DNA of 64,000 nt from Bacteroidales bacterium. GTDB lineage: Bacteria; Bacteroidota; Bacteroidia; Bacteroidales; GWA2-32-17. The translations under genes were made by a program, and so were the position numbers. Where the stretch lies: the NCBI GenBank assembly GCA_013314715.1, contig JABUFC010000001.1, forward strand, positions 100,511 through 164,510, given 5' to 3'. Below, in pieces: positions 30,123 through 39,018 of the stretch (its first letter is position 1; every line of letters starts with the position of its first letter). The notes below the pieces were generated by a model. It was given only the letters and a program-made list of their open reading frames with translations, searched no databases and had not been told where the DNA came from.

Positions 30123-30171
30123 CTATCGAACTTAGACAGCGTTTTAAATTTTTAAGTATCTTTACCAGCGA

Positions 30172-30483
30172 ATGAAGTGTTTTTTAATCATATTCAGTGT
30201 TTATTTCTTGGCATTATCGCTAATGCCTTGTACTGATGCACTCGGTATGAATGCCCCCAATACTTCAAAAACAGAAATTACTAAAACGCACAATGGCGAT
30301 GCAGAACATAACGATTTTTGCAGTCCGTTTTGTATTTGTAGTTGTTGTAATACCCCTGTTAATATAACCTTTGATTCGTTTAGCATAAAGGTAAATAAAC
30401 CTGTCGCAACTTCACTTAAAATACCCGTTTTTAATTTCTTTTTCGCTTCCAATTACTACGGAAGCATTTGGCAACCGCCATAA
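30172..30483 (+). CDS. small Cys-rich membrane-anchored or secreted protein (DUF6660-like)
   Basis: 103 aa with a hydrophobic N-terminus MKCFLIIFSVYFLALSLMPCTDA, the Cys cluster CSPFCICSCC and the C-terminal GSIWQPP. From memory, this family is annotated DUF6660 and typically precedes czcA in Bacteroidota. Confidence 0.7.
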   Translation: MKCFLIIFSVYFLALSLMPCTDALGMNAPNTSKTEITKTHNGDAEHNDFCSPFCICSCCNTPVNITFDSFSIKVNKPVATSLKIPVFNFFFASNYYGSIWQPP

Positions 30484-30586
30484 ATCAGTTAATGAATTTA
30501 TGATGTTCTGTAACGCAGAACAAAACAGAATTATTTACGGTGCTTACGCACCGCAAATAATCGTGTATTCATTCATTAAACTGATT
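30483..30586 (+). promoter_or_regulatory. 104-nt three-stem structured element between the DUF6660-like gene and czcA
   Basis: The outer stem pairs 30483-30497 with 30571-30586 (15 bp, one bulged A). It encloses hairpins gttctg/cagaac (30505-30521) and cggtgc/gcaccg (30538-30553). The element ends 8 nt before the czcA ATG. Confidence 0.5.
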
Positions 30587-30593
30587 AAAAATA

Positions 30594-33500
30594 ATGTTAG
30601 ATAAAATCATAAAATTTAGTATTCAAAACAAGCTTGTTATTGGTATAATGACCTTGTTGCTTATCATTTGGGGAGTGTGGAGTGCCACAAAGCTTCCCAT
30701 TGATGCCGTACCTGATATTACCAACAATCAGGTTCAGATTATTACCGTTTGTCCTACGCTTGCGGCACAGGAAGTGGAACAGTTGGTGACATTTCCTATT
30801 GAACAAAGCATTGCCAACCTGCCCGATTTAGAAGAAACCCGAAGTATTTCACGGTTTGGGCTTTCGGTTATTACGGTTGTATTTGATGATAATGTGGATA
30901 TATATTTTGCCCGACAGCTTGTCAATGAAAAACTGAAAGAAGCCGAAGAAAAAATCCCAAAAGGCATTGGCACACCCGAACTTGCACCTGTAAGCACAGG
31001 TTTGGGCGAAGTGTACCAATACATCATACACCCCAAAAAAGGGAGTGAACATAAATACAATGCCAAAGACTTGCGTACTATGCAGGATTGGATTGTTGCC
31101 CGACAGCTAAACGGAACAAAAGGCATAGCCGAAGTAAACAGTTTTGGTGGCGAACTGAAACAATATGAAGTAGCCGTAAATCCCAACCGCTTAAAGGCAA
31201 TGGGTGTAAGTGTTACCGATATTTTCAATGCTCTTGAAAAGAACAATCAGAATACAGGTGGTGCATACATTGACAAAAAACCAAATGCTTACTTCATTCG
31301 GGGTATTGGTTTGGTTACTTCGTTGGAAGATGTAAAAAACATAGCTGTAAAAAACACTAACGGCAGTATTCCGATTTTTATAAAAGATGTTGCAGAAGTT
31401 CGTTTTGGTAATGCGGTTCGCTACGGAGCATTAACCTACAATGGCGAAGTAGATGCCGTTGGCGGTGTGGTAATGATGCTCAAAGGCGAAAACAGCAACG
31501 AAGTAGTAAAACGTATCAAAGAAAAATTGCCTGTCATTCAGAAATCTTTGCCCGATGATATTGTCATTGAGCCTTATTTGGACAGAACAGATTTAGTTGG
31601 CAGAGCAATCAGCACCGTAGAAAAGAATTTAATTGAGGGAGCGTTGATTGTCATTTTCGTGTTGGTGCTGTTTTTGGGAAATTTAAGAGCAGGTTTAATT
31701 GTGGCTTCCGCTATTCCGTTGTCAATGCTGTTTGCTTTGGGAATGATGAATGTTTTCGGAGTAAGTGCCAATTTAATGAGTTTAGGAGCTATTGACTTTG
31801 GTTTGATTGTGGACGGTGCAGTTATTATTGTAGAAGCCACTTTGCACCATTTGGGTTTGCGAAAATCAATGAACAAGCTGACACAGCAGGAAATGGACAA
31901 CGAAGTTTTTGTGTCCGCTTCCAAAATCAGAAACAGTGCAGCGTTTGGCGAAATCATTATTTTAATCGTGTACATTCCTATTCTCACATTGGTAGGCGTT
32001 GAGGGCAAAATGTTTACACCAATGGCTAAAACAGTAGGATTTGCCATTTTGGGAGCATTTATTTTGTCGCTTACTTATATACCAATGATGTGTGCTTTGT
32101 TTTTGTCAAAAAAAAGTTTCACACAAAGAAACCATTTCAGACAAGATGATGAACTACCTGCAAAGCATTTACCAACCGCTTTTGCAGAAAGCCGTAAAAA
32201 TAAAATATTGGATTGTTGCTTCGACCGCTCTACTCTTTGCCTTTTCCCTTTTGCTCTTTAAAAATTTAGGTGGCGAATTTATACCACAATTACAAGAGGG
32301 CGATTTTGCGTTTCATTGCATATTGCCACAAGGCAGTTCGTTGAGCCAAAGTATTGAAACTTCAATGCAGGCATCAAGAATTATCAAGGAATTTGATGAA
32401 GTAAAAATGGTAGTCGGCAAAACAGGGGCTGCCGAAGTACCTACCGACCCGATGCCACCTGAAGCCACAGATTTAATGGTAATACTTAAACCAAAAAAGG
32501 AATGGAAAGAACAGAAAAGCTATAACCAGCTAGCTGATGAAATCAATGAAGCTTTGGAGGTTATACCGGGTGTATTCTTTGAAAAAAATCAGCCTATACA
32601 AATGCGTTTCAACGAATTGATGACAGGGATTCGGCAGGATGTGGCGGTTAAGATTTTCGGGGAAAATTTAGACAGTCTTGCCATTTATGCAGATAAGGTA
32701 AGTAAGGTTATTCAAACAGTAAACGGAGCGACTTCGCCACAGGTAGAACGGGTTAGCCGATTGCCACTAATCAATGTAGAATACGATAGAACACGACTTG
32801 CCAATTACGGTATCAATGTAGAAGATGTAAACAATGTAGTAAGCACCGCATTTGCAGGAAAAAGTGCAGGACAGGTTTTTGAAAACGAAAGGCGTTTTGA
32901 TTTAGTGGTACGATTAGACAGTACATACAGAACGGACATAGACGATGTAAGCAATTTGATGATACCTACCAACACAGGTAATCAGATACCACTATCACAA
33001 GTAGCTAATATTAGCTACAAGTTGGGACCAGCACAAATCAGCCGGGAAGCAAGCAAAAGAAGAATTGTTATCGGCTTCAACGTATCGGGCAGAGATGTAC
33101 AAAGTGTGGTTGAAGATATTCAGCAGAAATTAAGCGAGCAGATAAAATTGCCCACAGGCTATTACTTTACTTATGGCGGACAGTTTGAGAATTTACAGAA
33201 AGCAAGTAAACGCCTGATGATAGCTGTTCCAATTTCGCTGTTCCTTATTTTTTCGTTGCTATACTTTACGTTCCGTTCGGTCAAACAGGCAAGCCTGATT
33301 TTTACCGCAATCCCAATGAGTGCCATAGGTGGCGTGTTTGCGTTGCTGTTGCGTGGTATGCCGTTCAGCATTTCGGCAGGTATCGGCTTTATTGCTTTGT
33401 TTGGTGTAGCAGTATTAAACGGAATTGTCTTAATCGGAACTTTCAACCAATTAGAAAAAGACGGAGTTAAAGACATTTTCAAACGAGTATTTGACGGCAC

Positions 33501-34962
33501 AAAGGAAAGGTTGCGACCTGTACTAATGACGGCAACCGTAGCAAGTTTGGGCTTTTTGCCTATGGCATTAAGCACAGGTGCAGGAGCAGAAGTACAAAAA
33601 CCATTGGCAACCGTTGTTATTGGCGGATTGATTACGGCTACTTTCCTTACGCTGTTTGTACTGCCTTTGCTGTATATCATTTTCAATTCAAAAATCAACA
33701 TCAGAAAAAAAGGAAAAATGAAATCCGTTACAACCGTAATTGTGTTGTTGCTTTCTGTTTTAAGTTTCAATGCAAATGCTCAAAACAAAAAAATAATTGG
33801 TGTAGATGAATCGATAAACATTGCATTGCAAAACAACGGAAATATAAAAGCGAAAGATTTTGAAATAAAATCGGCTCAAAGTCTGAAAAGAACATCGGGC
33901 GAATTACCGAAATTAGATTTTAATGCACAGTTGGGACAATACAACAGTATAAAGTTTGACCAATCTTTTCAAGTAGCACAAACGATACCGTTTCCGACTT
34001 TGTTCGGTGCTAAAAAACAACTGATAAATGCCGAAGTAAAAGGCAAAGAATTACAAAGTGAAATAACCGTATTGGAGTTAAAAAATCAAGTGCGTACTTA
34101 TTTCTATCAAATTCAGTATTTGCAGAATAATCAAAAGCAGTTGTTGTATTTGGATAGTTTGTACAATGATTTTATCAAAGTGGCAGAACTGCGTTACAAA
34201 ACAGGCGACACCAAAAAAGTAGAAATCAGTACAGCACAAGCCAAGCAAGGCGAAATCAATTTATTGCTGAAACAAAATGGAGTTTATCTCAATAATGCTT
34301 ATCAAAATTTACAGGCATTGATGAATACAAAAGAACCGTTTGAAGTTGCCAATGATACAGATTTTAAGCCTTTGCAGGTAAGCACTTTGTTAGACAGCAC
34401 AGCCATTGCAAACCACCCGACAATTAAGGCGTTGTATCAAGATATAATCATTGCAGAACAAACAAAAAAGGTAGAGAAAGCACAGGGTTTGCCCGATTTT
34501 ACGATTGGTTACACTAATCAGTCTTTAATAGGTTTTCAAACTATAAACGGACAGGAGCAGTATTTTAATTCGGGCAATCGGTTCAGTTATGTAAGCGTTG
34601 GTGTTTCTATTCCTTTGACTTTCGGAGCTACAAAAGCAAGGATAAAATCTTTGGACTATCAAAAACAAGCCATTGAAGCCAACACCAAGCAACAGCAAAT
34701 TTTGTTGGAAACACAGTTTCAAAATGCCATACAGCAGTATCAGCAGGATTTGCAGGAGTTCAATTACTATCAGCAACAAGCCTTGCCTAATGCAAACGAT
34801 ATTGTTTCATCGGCTCAATTAGGTTATCGCACAGGCGATATAAGCTATGTGGAGTATTTGTATGCTTTGCAAACGGCAACAGACATTCAGTTGAATTACC
34901 TAAAAAGTATTCAGCAGGTCAATCAATCGGTCATCAATATTTATTCAATAATCAATCAATAA
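30594..34962 (+). pseudogene. czcA: CzcA/CusA-family heavy-metal RND pump fused in frame to a TolC-like outer-membrane factor, interrupted by a frameshift
   Basis: ORF 30594..32261 gives the CzcA N-terminal half (MLDKIIKFSIQNKLVIG...). ORF 32092..34962 in the +1 frame continues it (VSHKETISDKMMNYLQSIYQPLL...). That ORF runs without a stop into a TolC-like module beginning MKSVTTVIVLLLSVLSFNANAQ at 33718. The frames join at the A8 tract at 32108-32115. Confidence 0.85.
32108..32115 (+). other. A8 homopolymer at the czcA frameshift site
   Basis: Frame 0 reads TCA AAA AAA AGT (SKKS...) and terminates 49 codons later. With A7 or A10 the reading would be S K K (K) V S H K E, which is continuous CzcA sequence. 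Confidence 0.9.
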
Positions 34963-34968
34963 TTCGGT

Positions 34969-36258
34969 ATGAAATTCAAAATAAAAAATTCAATCGTTTT
35001 TCCTTTGGCACTATGCACTTTGCTTGTGATAAGCAGTTGCGGTAGCAAAGACAATCATTCGCATAATGACGAAAATACAAAAGAAACAGGTACTTCTGAC
35101 GGACACAACCACGAAGAAGAAACGCCAACCATTGTCACGCTTACACAAGAGCAGATAAAAGCCGTTGGCATCACGTTGGGCAAAGTAGAAAACAAGGAAC
35201 TCACAGCCACTATAAAGGTAAATGGTATGCTTAAAGTTCCAAACAACAACAAAGCAATTGCCACTTCTTTGTATGGTGGAGTTATCAAAACGCTGAATGT
35301 GCAAATTGGCGATTATGTAAAGAAAGGACAGGTAATTGCTACGATTGCCAATCCGCAGTTTATACAGTTGCAGGAAGAATATTTGACTATTGGCAGTAAA
35401 ATCACTTTTGCAGAACAGGAAGTACAACGCCAAAATGAACTCAATGCAGGAAACGCAGGAGCTTTGAAAAATCTGCAATACGCAACGGCAGAACTCAATA
35501 CGCTTCGCACCCGAAAAGCATCATTGCAACAGCAAATACAGCTAATGGGCATCAATCCAAATTCGGTATCAAACAGCAACTTGAAATCTACATTGGTAGT
35601 TACAAGTCCGTTGAATGGAACAATAAGCAATTTGTTTGCAAAGATTGGCAGTTATGTAGATATTTCTTCGCCTGTTGCCGAAATCGTAGATAACAGTTCA
35701 TTGCATTTGGATTTACAAGTGTTTGAAAAAGATTTACCGCTTTTGAAAATCGGGCAAACCATTCATTTTACCTTAACCAATAATCCTACTAATGAATACG
35801 ATGCAAAAGTGTTTAGCATTGGTTCATCATTTGAAAACGAGAGCAAAACCATTGCCGTGCATTGCACCGTTACAGGAAACAAAATAGGTTTGATTGACGG
35901 AATGAACATTACAGGAATTGTGAGTTTGAGCAATGCCCTAACACCTGCCGTACCCAATGAAGCCATTGTAAACGCAGACGGAAAAGACTACATTTTTGTT
36001 GTTACTGATAAAAAAGCGGAAGAACACCACGAAGAAGAAAGCGAAGAACACAACCACGAAAGTGAAGACCGTAAACACAGCAATGAAGAAAACGGCAACA
36101 TCAATTTTGAAAAAATAGAAGTTGTAAAAGGCGTTTCCAATATGGGCTACACCGCAATAACTTTTGTACAGGACATTCCTGCCAATGCTCAAATTGTAAT
36201 CAAAGGAGCATTTTTTGTCAATGCCAAATTATCTAACACAGGAGGACACAATCATTAA
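34969..36258 (+). CDS. czcB: efflux RND periplasmic adaptor subunit (CzcB/HlyD family), His-rich termini
   Basis: 429 aa with lipoprotein-like N-terminus LVISSCGS and a biotinyl-lipoyl-like fold (GDYVKKGQVIATIANP). His/Glu-rich tracts are HSHNDEN..DGHNHEEE and EEHHEEESEEHNHESEDRKH, and the protein ends GGHNH. Confidence 0.88.
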   Translation: MKFKIKNSIVFPLALCTLLVISSCGSKDNHSHNDENTKETGTSDGHNHEEETPTIVTLTQEQIKAVGITLGKVENKELTATIKVNGMLKVPNNNKAIATSLYGGVIKTLNVQIGDYVKKGQVIATIANPQFIQLQEEYLTIGSKITFAEQEVQRQNELNAGNAGALKNLQYATAELNTLRTRKASLQQQIQLMGINPNSVSNSNLKSTLVVTSPLNGTISNLFAKIGSYVDISSPVAEIVDNSSLHLDLQVFEKDLPLLKIGQTIHFTLTNNPTNEYDAKVFSIGSSFENESKTIAVHCTVTGNKIGLIDGMNITGIVSLSNALTPAVPNEAIVNADGKDYIFVVTDKKAEEHHEEESEEHNHESEDRKHSNEENGNINFEKIEVVKGVSNMGYTAITFVQDIPANAQIVIKGAFFVNAKLSNTGGHNH

Positions 36259-36270
36259 AAATTAAAAGCA

Positions 36271-38304
36271 ATGATAAATACAGATAAAAATCACAAGCAT
36301 ATTTACAATGTACAAGGTAAGCAGCTTTGTTGCACACAGGAAGAAAAAATTTACACCAATGCAGGTGCAAAAGAGTTGATAAAAGAAAAGCATCAACACG
36401 ACCATAGCGATGATGACGGACACGACCACAGCCACAGTGATAGCAACCTTTTCAAAGTGTTTTTGCCAAGCATTATTTCATTGGTGCTATTGCTTGTTGC
36501 CGTTTATTTAGACAATTTCCTAAAACCAGAATGGTTTACAGGTTTGGTAAGGATTGTTTGGTATGTGGTGGCTTATATTCCTGTTGGGTTTCCTGTAATC
36601 AAAGAAGCCGTTGAAAGCATTGCCAAAGGCGAGATATTTTCCGAATTTCTGTTGATGAGCATTGCCACAATCGGAGCGTTTGCCATTGGCGAATATCCGG
36701 AGGGCGTAGCCGTAATGTTGTTTTATGCTGTTGGCGAAGTGTTTCAGACATTGGCGGTAAAAAGAGCAAAAGCAAATATCAAATCTTTGCTTGACCAAAG
36801 ACCCGATGAAGTAACCGTTTTGCGAAACAACCAACCCCAAACCGTAAAGGCAGAAAGCGTAAACATTGGCGAAATCATACAATTAAAATCGGGCGAAAAA
36901 TTGGGATTAGACGGAGTTTTGTTATCCGAAACAGCATCATTTAACACCGCAGCTTTAACAGGCGAAAGCAAACCCGATACCAAAGCCAAAGGCGAAACAG
37001 TTTTGGCAGGAATGATAAACCTAAACACCGTTGCACAGATAGAAGTTACCACAGCATACACCGATAGTAAGTTGAGTAAAATTTTAGAATTGGTACAAAA
37101 TGCCACTTCACAAAAAGCACCGACAGAATTATTCATTAGAAAGTTTGCAAAAATATACACACCGATAGTTGTACTGTTAGCTATTCTAATTACAGCATTG
37201 CCCTACTTCTTTGTAGAAAATTATGTGTTCAGCCAATGGTTGTATCGTGCTTTGGTATTCCTTGTTATCTCTTGCCCTTGTGCATTGGTAATAAGTATTC
37301 CTTTAGGCTACTTTGGCGGAATTGGGGCAGCGAGTAAAAATGGAATATTGGTTAAGGGAAGCAACTTTTTGGATGTTCTTGCCAGCATACAAAATGTAGT
37401 AATGGATAAGACAGGTACAATGACGGAGGGCGTATTTAAAGTTCAGGAAGTTGTATTTGACAAGGCATTTGATGAGAAAGAAATTTTAGAAATGGTCAAT
37501 GCTTTGGAAAGCCATAGTAGCCACCCCGTAGCAACTGCCATTCAAGAATATGTAGGCGATGTAAACCACAATATCCCATTAGAAAATATAGAGGAAATTG
37601 CAGGACACGGACTAAAGGCTAATGTAAATGGGAAAGAATTATTGGTAGGGAATTTTAAGCTGATGGATAAATTTTCTATTACTTATGACATAGACCCGAA
37701 CAGCATTGTCTACACGGTAATCGCAGTGGCTTATGATAGAAAGTTTGTTGGTTACATTACCATTGCGGACAGCATAAAAGAAGACGCACAGGAAACCATA
37801 AATCTATTGCATAAGCTCAATGTTAAAGCTACTATGCTTAGCGGAGATAAAAGTACGGTTGTAAAGTATGTAGCGGAACAGTTGGGGATAGATAATGCTT
37901 TCGGAGATTTATTGCCTGAAGATAAAGTAAACAGAGTTAAAGAAATCAAAGCCAAAAATGAAACCGTTGCCTTTGTCGGAGACGGTGTAAATGATGCACC
38001 TGTTGTAGCGTTAAGTGATGTCGGTATTGCAATGGGCGGTTTAGGTAGCGATGCCACCATTGAAACAGCAGACGTAGTAATACAAGACGACAAGCCGAGT
38101 AAAATACCTATGGCAATCAATATCGGTAAACAGACAAAGAAAATTGTTTGGCAAAATATCACATTGGCATTTGTAGTAAAAGGAATTGTTTTAATACTTG
38201 GTGCAGGTGGCTTGGCAACAATGTGGGAAGCCGTTTTTGCCGATGTAGGTGTAGCATTATTGGCAATCTTAAACGCAGTACGAATACAACGAATGAAATT
38301 TTGA
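36271..38304 (+). CDS. heavy-metal translocating P1B-type ATPase (Zn/Cd/Co-type)
   Basis: 677 aa with SCPCAL (CPC), DKTGTMT, SSHPV and GDGVNDAP motifs. The N-terminus is the His-rich tract HQHDHSDDDGHDHSHSD rather than a CxxC HMA domain. Confidence 0.92.
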   Translation: MINTDKNHKHIYNVQGKQLCCTQEEKIYTNAGAKELIKEKHQHDHSDDDGHDHSHSDSNLFKVFLPSIISLVLLLVAVYLDNFLKPEWFTGLVRIVWYVVAYIPVGFPVIKEAVESIAKGEIFSEFLLMSIATIGAFAIGEYPEGVAVMLFYAVGEVFQTLAVKRAKANIKSLLDQRPDEVTVLRNNQPQTVKAESVNIGEIIQLKSGEKLGLDGVLLSETASFNTAALTGESKPDTKAKGETVLAGMINLNTVAQIEVTTAYTDSKLSKILELVQNATSQKAPTELFIRKFAKIYTPIVVLLAILITALPYFFVENYVFSQWLYRALVFLVISCPCALVISIPLGYFGGIGAASKNGILVKGSNFLDVLASIQNVVMDKTGTMTEGVFKVQEVVFDKAFDEKEILEMVNALESHSSHPVATAIQEYVGDVNHNIPLENIEEIAGHGLKANVNGKELLVGNFKLMDKFSITYDIDPNSIVYTVIAVAYDRKFVGYITIADSIKEDAQETINLLHKLNVKATMLSGDKSTVVKYVAEQLGIDNAFGDLLPEDKVNRVKEIKAKNETVAFVGDGVNDAPVVALSDVGIAMGGLGSDATIETADVVIQDDKPSKIPMAINIGKQTKKIVWQNITLAFVVKGIVLILGAGGLATMWEAVFADVGVALLAILNAVRIQRMKF

Positions 38305-38324
38305 CAAACCAACGCTAAAAGCAA

Positions 38325-38434
38325 GCACATTTGCAAACCGCACAAGGCGACACACAAGCCAAAGTTTGCAAAAGAGCTTGCTTTTTCCAACGCACGACAG
38401 AAAAAACAAAAAAATCTTTCCACGCTTCGCAAAA
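38325..38434 (+). repeat. C/A-rich block cluster, right copy (partner at 30047-30122)
   Basis: Contains gcacatttg 38325-38333, ccgcacaag 38338-38346, cgacacacaa 38348-38357, caaaagagc 38369-38377, ctttttcc 38381-38388 and acgcttcgcaaaa 38422-38434. The cluster starts 21 nt after the ATPase stop. Confidence 0.6.
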
Positions 38435-38539
38435 AATTAAATCTGCCGACACACCAAACCTGACAGACAAATACGAACGGACGGAAAAAACCACAGCTGC
38501 CAACATCGGTTTGGCGTTATGGCGGCTGACGTGCATAAT

Positions 38540-38960
38540 TTGAGCTTAGTGCTACTATTAAACTTTTGTGCTAAATTTGGGCTGATGTTCCCTGATTGCC
38601 GCCACAAACGCCAAGCCGTGAACCGATAGAGAGCAATACGCTTCGCTTTACGGTTTTTCCATTTAAAATTTCTGTGATATGTAGAAGTTTTAAAGCGGGT
38701 TGAAGGTTCTAACTTTTTTGAGCATGAGCAAGAGATTGGTGAGAAATTTCTAAATTCTCAAAACCTATTGCTCTCTCCCGAATACTCGGGACGGCTTCGG
38801 AAATAATCGAGCTCTGGATAACGTTCTTTGTTCGATGCCTATTCCCGCATGAAGCGTACAGCTTCTATCACGAGAGTTACCTTCTGTGAGAAGGTCTTGT
38901 CAAAATTTTTGACGAGACCATTTAGCCCTTAGTTCTATTGCGTTGTTTAAGAAAAAAAAC
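38540..38960 (+). other. ORF-free, hairpin-dense region (candidate structured 3'UTR or ncRNA)
   Basis: An 11-bp perfect long-range pairing joins agagagcaata (38628-38638) and tattgctctct (38766-38776). Local hairpins lie at 38777-38790, 38851-38865, 38879-38895 and 38894-38918. No credible ORF is present and strand is inferred only. Confidence 0.35.
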
Positions 38961-38963
38961 TAT

Positions 38964-39001
38964 AAAAAAGAGGCTGCCCTTTTGAGGCAGCCTCTTTTTT
39001 T
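38964..39001. terminator. bidirectional intrinsic terminator (ppdK on minus; metal operon read-through on plus)
   Basis: gaggctgcc (38970-38978) pairs with ggcagcctc (38986-38994). It is flanked by an A-run upstream and a T-run downstream, so it works on both strands. Confidence 0.8.
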
Positions 39002-39018
39002 ATTACATTTTAAATCAA

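Noticed and set aside
29884-30135. 83-codon plus-strand ORF and 68-codon minus-strand ORF in the C/A-rich leader, plus the similar pair at 38315..38543.
   Set aside because: The plus-strand ORF starts at a TTG, and the sequence is low-complexity and strand-asymmetric (C/A-rich). The two opposite-strand ORFs overlap each other, and the translations look like composition artefacts. I treat the regions as non-coding.
30734-38432. Many long antisense or out-of-frame ORFs inside the island (e.g. 30734..31246, 31574..32047, 33171..33770, 35011..35478, 36744..37160, 37752..38432, all minus strand).
   Set aside because: They overlap strongly supported sense genes and have low-complexity or odd compositions with no recognisable motifs. 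They are the expected by-product of the higher GC content of this block.
38540-38960. Possibility that the structured tail is tmRNA, RNase P RNA, SRP RNA, a tRNA remnant or a group II intron end.
   Set aside because: The beginning gggctgatg... superficially recalls a tmRNA 5' end. However, there is no tag-like reading frame ending in ALAA and no T-arm/CCA-type 3' end. I could find no GGAAAGTCCGGGC-type RNase P core, no clean tRNA cloverleaf and no domain-V-like hairpin. This was by eye only and needs an Infernal scan.
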